A stretch of DNA of 64,000 nucleotides from assembly GCA_964016885.1 (NCBI GenBank), contig OZ024742.1, positions 232,252,001-232,316,000 of the forward strand, read 5' to 3'. Shown here piece after piece: positions 50,384 to 63,289 of the stretch. The stretch is from Eledone cirrhosa (Eukaryota). How positions within the stretch are numbered: position 1 is the stretch's first letter; each line of letters opens with the position of its first letter. The notes below the pieces were generated by a model. The model ran no database searches. It saw only the letters and a list, made by a program, of their open reading frames with translations, and was not told the DNA's origin. The position numbers were made by a program, and so were the translations under genes.

Positions 50384-50774
50384 TGTAGCAAGAGTTGCCT
50401 CCCTTGTTGTGACGATCACATCACCAATAGATTAACGCTCTCTAGACAGGAAGTAGCTGGAGTTACTTCCCGTTGGGGTGGCAGAACCCTTTTTGTCACT
50501 TCCGTCTTGAGACCCTATAAAAGGGATATTCAGAGCGATCACTCTCTCATTTGCCCTTTCGGCCAGGCGCGTTCGCCGAGTCTCTACTCTCTGGCAACCC
50601 TAACATGGTCTCTTGCGAGCTAACTTCAAAACGGTAACAAATAACTTTACTTCATATTTCATCTACTCTTGACATATCAACAATTCTATACTACATAACT
50701 TCAACTTGTTAATTAAACTTTATATACACAACCTAGTGTCTTGCTATATTCATACACACCAGTATTTTGTTATA
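50384..50774 (+). mobile_element. Probable solo LTR
   Basis: TGTAGC...GTTATA termini; CTATAAAAGG TATA box near 50515; ATTAAA near 50712; flanks attc/gttc. Confidence 0.55.
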
Positions 50775-51004
50775 GTTCTATGAATTCTCATTTTCCATCA
50801 TAAAACTAGGAGTGCATCCTGCCCGAGTAAAGAGTGTAGTATGGCGGAGAAGCTGATACAGCAGGTGTCACACAAACTGCTCTCCTCGGTTATGCCTTTG
50901 CCATTTTGTCCTCATGGACCACTAAATTCATAATTTTAAATCCCACGGACCACCAATATCAATTAAAAGAAATATATATATATATTGAACCTGATTTTAT
51001 ATAT

Positions 51005-52688
51005 CATCATCATCATCATTTTACGTCCGCTTTTCCCTGCTTGCAAGGGTGGGACGGGTCTTATTCAGCACAGCATCTCTCCACTCGTCACGGTCCCTCG
51101 TCATCTCCACCGTGAGCTTCAATGATCTGAGGTCTGTTCTCACCACCTCCGCCCATGTTTTTCGTGGTCTACCTCTACCACGTCTTCCCTCAACTGGCAT
51201 TTCCTGGCACTTCTTCACCCATCGGTCATCCTCCATGCGCATCACATGTCTATACCACCTCAGTCTCCTCTCCCGTACACTACATTCTATCCCTCTCAGA
51301 CACAGTTTCTCTCTCAACACATTTATGCTGGGTCGTTCACTCACATTTACACTGCACATCCAACGGAGCATGCTTGCCTCATTTCTCTCCAGCCGTCGCA
51401 TATCCTCTGCGGTTGCTGCCCATGTCTCACTACCATGCAGCATCGCGCTCCTCACACAGGCATCATACAACCGGCCTTTCGTACGCAGGGAGAAACCCTT
51501 CTTCGTCAACAGAGGAAGCAGCTCCCTAAACTTCTTCCAACCCGTCCTTATTCTAGATACTATGGCCTCGGAACACCCTCCTCCCATGCTAATCTGATCT
51601 CCTAGGTACCGGAAGCTATCCACCACTTCTATAGCGCCCTCTCGCATTTGAAAAATGTGTCTATCAGTGCGACTTCTACTGTCTAATTTCCCTGTACATC
51701 TACTGCATACATATTTCTCCCTACCTGTTAGTTTGCCTGCTATCCCGCTACATCTCTTGTGTACCCAGGACCTGCATTGTGTACATTTTATAGAATTTAT
51801 GCCAGTTCCTTTTCTGCATATCGAACATGGCCATTTCCCTGACGGAATCAGGGTTTTGTCCTCTTTTCTACTCATCAACACTTTTGTCTTAGCTAGATTT
51901 ACTCTCAGTCCTCTTGCTTCCAACTGCTGTTTCCATAGCCGGAATTTATTCTCTAGCTCCTCTACTGATTCTGCCATAAGAGCCAGATCGTCAGCATAGA
52001 GAAGTTCCCATGGACAGCCAGTCTTAAACTCCTCTGTTATGGCTTGGAGGAGTATAATGAACAAGAGCGGGCTGAGGACCGAACCCTGATGTACTCCTAC
52101 TTGTATCTGGAATTCCTCACTAAACTCCATTCCTACCCTGACTTTACTGAGAGTACCTCTGTACAAAGTTTGCACTGTCCTCACAAGCCATTCCTCAACA
52201 CCCAGCTTCCTTAGGGACCACCAGATGACAGATCGGGGTACCCTATCAAAGGCCTTCTCTAGGTCAACAAAGGCTAAGTATAGTGGCTTATTCTTCTCTA
52301 AGAACCTCTCTTGCATTTGTCTCACCAAGAAGAGGGCATCTGTTGTACTCTTCCCAGGCACAAAACCAAACTGCATCTCATCTAGTTTGACCCTTTCTCT
52401 AATTAGTTGTGCTAAAATCCTTTCTGCCACTTTCATAACCTGATCTATCAGCTTTATACCCCTATAATTGCTCCTCTCCAAAGCGTCCCCTTTACCTTTG
52501 TAGCAATTTATGAGAATACTGCTGCACCAGTCTTTGGGTATGACACCACCATATATAGCCTGATTGATGATGCGTGCAACCAGTTTAGTGCCTACGTCCC
52601 CTGATGCCTTCAGCATCTCAGCAATATGATGATGCGTGCAACCAGTTTAGTGCCTACGTCCCCTGATGCCTTCAGCATCTCAGCAATA
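51005..52688 (-). mobile_element. RTE LINE, 5'-truncated, open RT frame (531 aa)
   Basis: NYRGIKL, QFGF, FVDLEKAFDRV, GVHQGSVLSP, YADD, LHGSETW, GRPRKTW; stop directly followed by (ATG)n tail. Confidence 0.96.
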
Positions 52689-54254
52689 TATATATGTATA
52701 TATATATATCATGTGTATATATATATTTTTTATATATGTATTTTATATATATGAATGTATATATATGTATATATTTTATATATATATGTATGTGTATTTT
52801 ATATGTATATATGTATGTATGTTTTACGTATGTATATATTTTATGTATGTGTGTATTTTATGTATATATATATATTTTATAGTCACTTATATATTATGGA
52901 ATGCTGTTGGCTTTTCGCTGCAGTGTTTTCTATACCTTTCATTTATATATTTATACTCGGATTTCTTTCCTAGAATGCTTAAATTATTTGTGACTAATCC
53001 CGGTATTTTTTTAATAAAAAACCGCGAAAATATTGCTTTTTGCTGAACTCCTTATTGTAGAGTTTTTTTCGGAATGTTTTTGACTGTTGTTTCTTGTAAA
53101 CAAACATTCGTCTCATTCTGACGTCACTAGCCATGTCTTTCCTCATGTGCGTTTTTCATAATCACGCATGATGGTGAACTAGCCTGTTTTAAAATTCCCT
53201 TTTTGGCATATTAATCTGTGAGAATCCTGGTTATCGAGTTGAGCTCTGCTGAGGATTGAATTCCAACCGTGACCATCTCCACTGAAAGTTTTCATGAAAT
53301 AGTCTTTAAGACTATACAGAGCATTTGAAGTTTTTCCAAATTGAAGGATGAGTATTTTAAACTTTATTTTATCATGAGTTAAGGCTCTATTGATTTTTCC
53401 CTGGATTTCACTAAATTCTGTGGATGAATTTATATCCTGATTCTCTTTGAGATGAGTTTGAATTATTTTTCCCATTTTGACGCTAAAGTCACTTATATAT
53501 TATGGAATGCTGTTGGCTTTTCGCTGCAGTGTTTTCTATACCTTTCATTTATATATATATTTTATATATATATATTTTATATATGTGTATGTTCTGTGTA
53601 TATATATATATACTTGTGCGTACATACGTACATACATATATATATATGCACACCTGTATGGATGTGTGTGTAGATGTGTGAGTGTCTGAGGGGTAGGTGT
53701 GAGTGTATGTACAAGTCAATCAGCATAAACCTTTTATTTCTAAATTTTCTAAACTATCTAAGAATTGAACTCTAACCATTATTTTAAGTATTACCACCCC
53801 ACATTTTGTATGTGTGGATGTGTGTGTGTGTCTGTGGAGGTGGGTGTGAGTGTACGTGCAAGCCAACCTACATAATGCTTTTTATTTGTAAATTTTCTAC
53901 TCTAACCATAAATTTCAGTAGCACCACTCCACATAAATTCCTCAATTTAAGAATGACCTGTAGTATCTATTTCATACTATTAACCATAATTGAATATATA
54001 TCTGACCAGGAATGCTTTTTGTGAAAATCAGTCATATGGAACTATTGTCATCTTACCTGACGGTTTGAACTTTACAACACCACCTGCCTCTTTGAGGTCA
54101 AATACCAACCCTACTACCATCTACAAACTGACCAATGAGAATCAAGACTATTCCTGCTGACAACATTAAATTATTCCTAACAAGCTCATATGTCCCAAGG
54201 CTCTGATACCATCAACACTATAAACACAGAGCTGGCATATCTAAGAACTGACTA

Positions 54255-54310
54255 ACTGCCTGATGAGCTCATAGCCATTCAATGGCTATCATCGAAATAT
54301 ATATAGCAGT
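54255..54310 (+). ncRNA. Type I hammerhead ribozyme motif
   Basis: ACTGC-CTGATGA-G(CTC)ATAGCCATT-C-AATGGCTAT(CAT)C-GAAA-TATATATA-GCAGT. Confidence 0.75.
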
Positions 54311-54549
54311 AAATAAAGGATTATGAGTTCATGCAATTGACTTATGTTTCGTCACTATATATATATATATATTTCTTTTAATTCATATTGATGGTCCGTA
54401 AGATTTAAAATTATGAATGTGTGTCGTCTCTAAAGCCACATTTATGACCATACTTTCAGGAGTCCAGAAATAGCCGTCGAAACGGCTTGAGCTCTACCGT
54501 CGGGGTCCTGACTCTTTTCTTATATATACACACACATATATACACCACT

Positions 54550-55995
54550 CACCTCTTCCCAACACCACTCCCCACCTTCAAACGCGCACGCAATCTCCGC
54601 ACCCTCCTCGTCCACAGCTCCCTACCCCCAACCCACGCTCCACCCCCCGTTCCTTTCCCTGTTCTAGGCCCCGCTGCAACACCTGTCCCCACATCACCAA
54701 CACCACCACCTTCCAGGGTCCCAACGGCCACTCTCTCTCTCTGTCCGGCATGCCTTCCGCTGCACCTCCTCCAACCTAGTCTACGGACTTCGCTGCACGG
54801 AGTGCAGCGCGACTTACGTCGGACAGACGGGACGTTGCCTGGCGGACAGATTCACTGAGCACCTCCGGGATATTCGTCTCGGTGGTAGTTCCCCCATCGC
54901 CCGCCACTTTGGTGCCCCTGGACATTCCGCACGCCATCTCACAGTCTGTGGCCTACTCCAATGCCACGGAACACCCGCCAATCTCCTCAGAGTCGAACAA
55001 AGAACCATCTTCATATTACAGACCCACACTCCCCCCGGCCTGAACTCCCCACCCTTATTCCTTTAGCCTTCGACCGCCCCCCTCCCCCCACTATATCCCC
55101 ACTAACACACCCCTCCTTTTCACCGCCCACCCCACAACTAACAATACTAACACCTCCACTCCACCCCTCATCCGACCACCCTTCCCCAACTAACATACTA
55201 ACATCCCTCCCTTCTCCTCCCCCTCCTTATCACACGCATACACCCACCGGTACATATATACACGCGCTCACACTAAACACACACCCTACTACCACCACTA
55301 ACCCTCACCCCCACACCTCCATCCCACCACCCCGCAACTAACATCACTAACACCCCCTGACCCCAAGCACACGAACACACGCACCCACACACACGCTTAA
55401 ACCCCACACACACGTGCTTTCCACCACATATTTACACCTTCAGCCTCCGGATTCCTCTCCCCCACCACTCTATCCACACACGCACACACACTCCGACCTA
55501 CACCCCACACACACCTCTTCCTGAACATGCAACCCCGTTCTTCCCCCAACCCTTGCTTTCACATACACACACACACACACACACACGTACACCTACACAC
55601 ACACACCACCTTCAGCCCTCCCGCTCGGACACCCCGCTCCCTCTCCCCACTCCACCCGCCACCACCCCTACACACCCCACACCCTTCCACCGCATGTTTT
55701 ACCCCTTTTAATTTCAGTTTATTTTGATCATGCTTTTATATTTATTTTTATTTCATTTCATTTTATTTTGATCATGCTTTATTTTTATTTTTAATTTCAT
55801 TCGCACCGTTTCCTCCCACCCCCTTTTCGCTATATGTCTCTCCACCACTCCCCTACACACCCTTTGAACTCTCTTCCCACACACTTCTCACCTGAGGAAG
55901 GGCTTATGCCCGAAACGTCGTTCCCCACCACCACCCCACTCTCCAGAGCGTGAAATTAATAAACATTCGTTGTACTGCCTCTCTGTTTTGTTCCT
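54550..55995 (+). mobile_element. Penelope-like element 3' part (GIY-YIG endonuclease + pLTR)
   Basis: FKRARNLRTLLVHS, PRCNTCPHI and CTSSNLVYGLRCTECSATYVGQTGRCLADRFTEH...LQTHTPPGLN (frame not in ORF track); C-rich UTR; hammerhead; AATAAA. Confidence 0.9.
55889..55922 (+). ncRNA. Minimal hammerhead ribozyme motif
   Basis: CTGAGGA-A-GGGC-TTAT-GCCC-GAAAC-GTC; weak stem I; the minimal form typical of PLE pLTRs. Confidence 0.7.
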
Positions 55996-56008
55996 GTTCA
56001 AATTTTCC

Positions 56009-56080
<72 letters not shown>

Positions 56081-56085
<5 letters not shown>

Positions 56086-58624
56086 CAGCGACACTGGATT
56101 GTATGTACAATATTTATTTACGAAGATTGAGCTGAGTAGAGCTGAATAGCTGACATGCCAAGAGAGATGAAACAATGAATTAAGGCTTTCAGAAGACACG
56201 GTCCACTGGCTGAAGTGTTGCCAGGCCGTGGTTAAGTTGTTGTGTTACATGTTGGCTAGTGGTTTCACGACGAGAGAAAGTTAGGTGTTTACCTTTTCAC
56301 AGACAGGAAGCGAGAGGCTGATTCTTCAAATCAAAGCGGGAATTTTTCCCCCGGGCGCGTAGAGATACATTCTCTTCTACTGGCGCTGATTGGCTGAGCT
56401 GAGCCAAATCACGCACAGAGAATGTATGTGAGCCCGCGGAATGTAGGTCACTACAATACTCCCTCTCTAGACGTAAGACGATACAGATTATTGAATCAGC
56501 AGGAAAAAATGCTGAAAGAACACATCAGTGAAAAAATAATTGAGCAGAAGGATGCATGCAAGAAGAAAAACGAGGCGCTAAGGGCCGTGTTGAGCCGCTG
56601 TGTCAAATGACTAGCTGTTTTGTAGTTTATACGTGACCACGAAGGGTCTAACAGAAAATGGATAAAGTCTGACATGGGCGACGTTGCTGTTCTTGCATTA
56701 AATGTTAATGTGTTGTACCAGTAGCTGTGGATGAAGCTATTTTGGTAGTGTACCAGTGCTGGCAAAAATATGATGGGTAGGCGAGAAAATATCGGCCTCC
56801 CAGATGTATTGCCGAAAGTACTAGGCAGCCATAAAAAAATGGCTGGTTGCTTTGAAAAGAAAAAAAGCAAGTTGAATCTGTAGGTGGGTAGTAATTGCAG
56901 TGTAAATTCCATAATTCCGGTGAATCCACAGAAATGGTAGAAATGCTGACAAGTCCAGTTCCATTTGTTGTTTTCCCAGCGAGTCGGGTAAGGTAACAAG
57001 ATGGAGGTTGTTATGGACGATGAGTGTGCAACGAGTTGCGAAGATGTTTGAATCCAGCTGCAATTAGCAGTTCTCGTGTTGCGGTGCCTGTTTGAATCGA
57101 GGTGAATTAAGCTTTATGAGTCGCTAGCATGTTTTGGTACCTCCACCAGGTGGGAAGGGATCTCGCAGAACTTTACGACGTTTGAATATCATACACTAAG
57201 AACAACATGTTGGTGTGTGTCAAACAAATATGTGTGCATATGCAGGCATGTAATACAGCAAATAATGTGTGGGTGCAGTCATATATACAATGATAAAGAA
57301 AATGATACAGTCATATATACAATGTAATCAACGTAAAAGAAGAGGTCAAAGGGGCAAAGAAACGTGCTTGAACATAGTTACTAAAAAAAAAAGTTCAAAT
57401 GTTCAAAATAAAGTTATTTACAGCAGGAAAGCGAGTGTGTCCTCCAGAGAATGTATGCAGGTGGTTTCTGGACTGTGATACAACGTGAAATTCCCAACCT
57501 CCGATGGCGGTGGGATTTTCTCACAGTAAGAGTGCTGCAAAAATAAATTCTCTGTGTTTTGTTCTGCTGGTTTTGGTTGTTGATAAAGCAAAGATGAAGC
57601 TGTGTTGTTGTTGTCGATGTTGTTTCAATTCACAGTAAAAAGTTATCTCAGTGAGTCGAGATGTGTGCTCCCACACGTGCCGAAACAAGGTTAAAGTCAA
57701 GTTGAATAAAAAAAATATTTCTTTTGCGCGAGAAAATGGCGCGAAAATGATAGTGGAACAGGTCATTAACAGCCATTTTGAAAAATTTGTGTGTGAACGG
57801 GATATTATGAAAAAGAAGGAAAGGCTATATTCACTTTGTATAACAAATATGGCGAGAGTTCGATTTTTTTTTTTTTGTGAAAGTGATGAAAAAGTAGCGA
57901 AAAAAGGCTTAGTTGAATGAGTAAGCGAGCTTCGATGTTCATCAAAATTGACATGTTGAATATAAGAATACAGGAGTCCAAGTCTTTTTGAGTGTTCGTT
58001 GTGAGAAGAACGAAGGATATATCCAGTGAGTAAAACACATTTAAACGATGTAAACACGTGAGGTGAAGAACAACATTTTTTCTTGTTTGTTTGCTGCTGA
58101 GAAAAAGATTACTTATATTTTTCGTTGTAGACAGTTTCGGAGAAAAAATCCATGTGGAATGTTGTTAGAGGAAGTTTTTCTTTTTTTGAAATACTGCTAA
58201 TTAATTTTCTTTTTTCCACATTCATACAACACTAGATCCTATTATTTTTTTCTCGGGGTCACCAATTATAACAGCGATACTGGGTTGTATGTACAATATT
58301 TATTTACGAAGCTTGAGTTGAGTAGAGCTGAATAGCTGACATGCCAAGAGAGCTGAAACAATGAAGACACGGTCCACTGGCTGAAGTGTTGCCAGGCCGT
58401 GGTTAAGTTGTTGTGTTACATGTTGGCTAGTGATTTCACGACGAAAGAAAGTTAGGTGTTTACCTTTTCACAGACAGGAAACGAGAGGCTGATTCTTCAA
58501 ATCTAAGCGGGAATTTTTCCCTCAGGGCGCGTAGAGATACATTCTCTTCTACTGGCGCTGATTGGCTGAGCTGAGCCAAATCACGCACAGAGAATGTATG
58601 TGAGCCCGCGGAATGTAGGTCACT

Positions 58625-58627
<3 letters not shown>
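56081..58627 (-). mobile_element. Non-autonomous LTR retroelement
   Basis: LTRs 56081-56455 and 58267-58627; PBS TGGTGACCCCGA (58253-58264); PPT AGAGAGGGAG before the 3' LTR; no recognisable pol in the 1.8-kb interior. Confidence 0.9.
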
Positions 58628-58666
<39 letters not shown>

Positions 58667-58667
58667 C

Positions 58668-60060
58668 GTTTAGAGACGACACACTCCTTTTAGCTAAGAA
58701 CTTAAATAATCTAAACATGAAAAAATTACGGAAAAACATCAGTCTTCTTCAGCAAACTAGGCCTAGGTATCACCTTCGAACTTAACTCTAAAAAAGCAAA
58801 CTTCTTAGATGTAACACTCAACCTAAACACAGGATTAATAGAGCCCTTCCATAAAAATAACGAGAATCTAGCCTACATTAGTTATAACTCAAACCACCCT
58901 CGATCCGTAATTAACTCCATAACACATAGTATATCCCTCATAATCTCCCGCCTATCTTCTAACCTAGAGATTTTTAACGAACACGCAAACTACTATAACA
59001 TAGCTTTACATAAGGAAGGGTTCAAATACATACCAGATAGAGACAGCAACAACAAACCTAACGACAGCTACACTACCCCCACCTATAGAAATAACAAACA
59101 TAGGACTAAACATAGAATTAGACAACGAGCACCTGAAATAAGTGAACCGAATACTAATATAGGGACCCCTAGGGACTATAGAAAATCCTGAGATAGGAAA
59201 TACTTATGGTTCAATCCAATATTCAACTCCTCTATAAAAACCAAACTACCTTCTACATTCGTTAAGCTAATTGACAAGCACTTCCCTAAACTACACAACT
59301 ACCATAGAATCTTTAACAGAAAAACTATCAAACTATCTTACTCTACTGCAGCCAACATAGAATCACACATACTTAAAATCAACTACAAAAGAATCTCTAA
59401 AGAAAATAACCTACCAACATACACCATAGCTCCAAATACAAAACGCAAACACATCACAACCACACACACATCAGGGCGTATCACAACAAAACATTAATAG
59501 GCCTAAATCTCAACCCACCCATAACAACATGCAACAGAGAACCTGCACACAGGAAGGCCTCCAACTGTAACTGCCACCTACCGAATAAGTGCCCTCTACA
59601 AAATAGATGCCTGGAATAAAGTATGGTGTACCTGTATACTATAAATTCAGGCAACTTAACATGGCACTACATAAGTTCCACGGCTGGGGAGTTAAAAAAA
59701 GATGGTATGTTCACAGACACTATATGAAGAACCGTAGACTAGAGAACTCAACAACGCTGGCCAATATAATCTGGCAGCTTAAGAACACAAACCAGGAATA
59801 TAGGATTAGCTGTTCCAAATTATCGGGAGCATAAGAACACAAACCAGGAATATAGGATTAGCTGGTCCAAATTATCGAGAGCAAGGGCCTACGACAATGG
59901 AATGTCCCACTGCGGACTTTGCAATATGGAGCTATTTCATATTTTAAAGTACGATAAGATGCTGCTTAACAGCAAAATAGAAAGATAAATTTTCTGTAGG
60001 CACAAAGCAGCTACCAAGTTCACAAATTTCAAACCAACATGATTCGACCCAGCAATTCCA
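58668..60060 (+). mobile_element. Decayed Penelope-like element (RT C-terminal half + endonuclease)
   Basis: FRDDTLLL, NFLDVTLNL, YNSNHP, LWFNP, LIDKHFP...RIFNRKTIKLSYS, CNC...KCPL, STTLANIIWQLK, CGLCNME in shifting frames. Confidence 0.85.
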
Positions 60061-60480
60061 AAATTCGAGCTGAACCACCCGGATTTTAATGTACGGAATA
60101 CATACCACCACACTGTTATTAGCTGTCAACTGACCGACTGGTCACTGGATCATAAATCTTCTAACCTTTCTTTCACCCTCTCTCCCTAAAGCCACATCAA
60201 CCCCATTAAGATAAGACAATCAGCAGGCTTTTCATGCTAGTACTACCTCCACCCCCACACCTTTATATATACACTTACTCACCACCACCACTATTATCAA
60301 CTATCGTATTCTGTACTTATATATTTTTTTACTCATTTTTTTATTTCTTTATTTTTTTATTTTTTTTACTTTTTACATCTGTAACTTCTTTACCTCTTTA
60401 TCATTATATCTTATTATTGATGTTATTGTTTTGATTCTACGCTGTATCTATATATACCATTGCCATATGTGAGTTCTCTA

Positions 60481-60591
60481 GTATTCTGAGGATTTGATCA
60501 GAGGTAAACACTGTATTTAAGGTCGAGTGACGCAACTTCGAGTGATTAGCGGCCTTTAGACTCACCTGATCAATGAAACAATTGTTAATAC
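60481..60591 (+). ncRNA. Type I hammerhead motif with long stem II insertion
   Basis: GTATT-CTGAGGA-TTTGATCAG...CTGATCAAT-GAAAC-AATT-GTT-AATAC. Confidence 0.7.
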
Positions 60592-60649
60592 TTGAAATAA
60601 AGCCTCTTGTTGTACAGCCGACCATGTTGTTCTTCAATCTTTCACTATT

Positions 60650-61085
60650 ATTACTCCAAGTATAACCTGCATAAGAATTTTCGCGAACTCGCTACCTAAC
60701 TATGGAAATATCTTGTTGAGTCAAAGCTGTACGTTAAAACTATCCACAATACAGAGTACTCACAACCTCTAACTAGATTACCTATATATCTAGATTTGCG
60801 AATCACAAATGCTCTTTTTCGAATCCTAATAGGAAATCTTCGACTTCTTTATCACAACTTATATGGTCATTAAAAGACAAAAACTTAAAATACTCGATTT
60901 CTTGGGCGAAGCTATGTAATAATAGAATTTATTCGAATTCGTCAATATCATCTAACTGCAACCTCTGTACCACGGAGACCCTTTTAATAATTACTGATTG
61001 TGAAAATTTAATTAACAAAAAGAGTGAATTATTCTCAAACTGCCTTCATAAAGCTCTGTCTACATTCCAAGCCTTGCAAAAAGTC
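60650..61085 (+). mobile_element. Penelope-like endonuclease C-terminal remnant
   Basis: RFANHKCSF...STSLSQLIWSLKDKNLKYSISW...CNLCTTE...LINKKSELFSNCLHK. Confidence 0.8.
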
Positions 61086-63076
61086 AGGAAAAAAACACTA
61101 AATAAGCACGTTCTAATTGTTGACGTCTAATCTTTGACGTATCTTATCAACTGTGTACCTAAAACGTTATAACAGATTATAAAATTTTAATAATTTTTAT
61201 TTTTTAATTCTTTTATGATATGATTAATGTTAAATTAAATGGTCCTATTTAGGTATATAAACATATTTTTGGTTAACATGATCTCTTGAGGAATGTGCAT
61301 ACCTTTTGATTGTTAAGATATATTTAATTTTTGACTGGGATTCTTGCATATATCTTTTTAAATATATGGCTTTATACGCTTAACAATTATAATGTACCGT
61401 AAATCACTCATGCATTTATGTTTTTGTATATTTACTTATCTAGAGTATGTTTTACGATTCAGGAAGTTTGATTTATATATTTTTATTTATATATATTTAC
61501 GGTATATACATCACACACGATACTAGTCGTCAATCTTTTTTCCACTTATCTTGATGTAAAACTTCAATTATAACATTACTAACAATGATTGTACTGTTTA
61601 TTTATTATATGTATATCGATCACTATTGTCTAGAATACTCTATTTATATTTGAATAAATCTGTATATCTAGTATAATAACATGCCTCTAATTGCATTTTA
61701 TAAGTACTTTAAATACTTTAATGACTTTCTAGTATTATAATCGTTAAATATTTTCTAAATATTTTCTAAATTTTCTAAGTTATGTAATGATTACTATTTA
61801 ATTTAATTTAATTAAATTTGGCTTACCTTCGGGTCAATGAAATCCCTAGGCTTTCTCTTTCTCATGTTTGCAGACACATTATACTACTATATAAATTTAT
61901 AAAGAAAATCTAGGATCGCAGTCAATTCACTTTTTTTACTTTGAATCGTATTCTTATCCGTATGATTCAAGAAGTTTGACTTGTATATTTATAGTATATA
62001 TGTGTTACATGACCTTATTATAATAATTGATCTAAAACTTTAATTTTTAACAATATTACCAGTAGCTTATTTATTATATTATATTATGTTATATATAAAT
62101 GATAGGTATCATCTTAATCTTTAGACAATATAATCTTTGTTTATATTTAGACAAATGCATATATCTAATTTAATAATAAAAAATGTTTCAAGTTTAACTA
62201 TAAGGCCTTTTGATGCTTTAAAGCATTCTAATTGTTAATCTGAATTTTTTTAAAATTGTTTTTTAAAAATTATATCATCAATATAATAATTAAATATATT
62301 ATAATAAAATTATTAAGATTTACTCCCGAGAGGATGAAAAATAGCATGTTTTCTCTCTCATATTTACAATTAGTTTAAATATGAATTCATAAAATATGAT
62401 TTTATAAATTAAATATGATAATATACTTTAATATTAATACAGATATTTATAAACTTTTATAGCCTGAAATATTATACACTTTAATTAATTCATTACTCTG
62501 AACTAACTTAAAAGATTTGAAAGTTAACGGTCAACCGGACACATTTGGATAGTATATATAACTAATTAACTGAGGAAATTAACCCTTATTGATTACACCC
62601 AGTTATATTTAGGATTTAGATTGATGAATATTTCTAGATAATTTAATAATTCAATGATTCGAGTTTACTCTATAGCATACCTATGCCCAAATGTATAGTT
62701 GTGTATGGATATATATCATACACAGCTATACATCCCTCCCTATAATTATAATTATTCCTCTTTGTCTCCCTTTCCTTGATCAATTTTCCTTTGCTCTCTA
62801 TACCTCTTCGAGCTATATTTTCCCCTCATATGTTTTCTCTCTCTCTTTTTTCTTTCCTCTTTCTTCAATAATTATTTGAATCTCTAACAGTCATGTAAAT
62901 TACTGTTATGTATTTTAAAACTTTCTTACACGCACCCTCTGTATTATATGTATTATATGTAAGTTTTTTCATGTATCAATCTTAAAGTATATAAATATTG
63001 AGTTTTGTCATATCTTACTCACTACCATGACTGGATCTTAACCATCTACTATGTCAGGATATGTCATACATCATCT

Positions 63077-63143
63077 TATTTTATCTGATGAGGACGTACT
63101 GTTGAAGTTAGCTCAGTACCTCTGAAATATGTATAATAAAATA
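63077..63143 (+). ncRNA. Type I hammerhead ribozyme motif
   Basis: TATTTTAT-CTGATGA-GGACGTACTG...CAGTACCTCT-GAAA-TATGTATA-ATAAAATA (8-bp stem I). Confidence 0.75.
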
Positions 63144-63187
63144 TATTGATCACAATGAAGTTCTATTTTTGTTAATATTTTGAATGA

Positions 63188-63218
<31 letters not shown>

Positions 63219-63289
63219 TGTATGTATGTATGTATGTATGTATGTATGTATGTATGTATGTATGTATGTATGTATGTATGTATGTATGT

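Noticed and set aside
52666-53046. Tyr/Ile-rich ORFs (also 55888-56199, 63113-63993)
   Set aside because: Translations of TA and TATG microsatellites.
57521-58057. ORFs in the LTR element interior
   Set aside because: No recognisable motifs; overlapping low-complexity frames on both strands.
60500-60570. SECIS element inside the hammerhead insert
   Set aside because: No AUGA/GA quartet with a correctly spaced stem and apical AA; no convincing in-frame TGA at conserved Cys positions.
62565-62650. Fifth hammerhead (CTGAGGA)
   Set aside because: No properly placed GAAA or closing stems.
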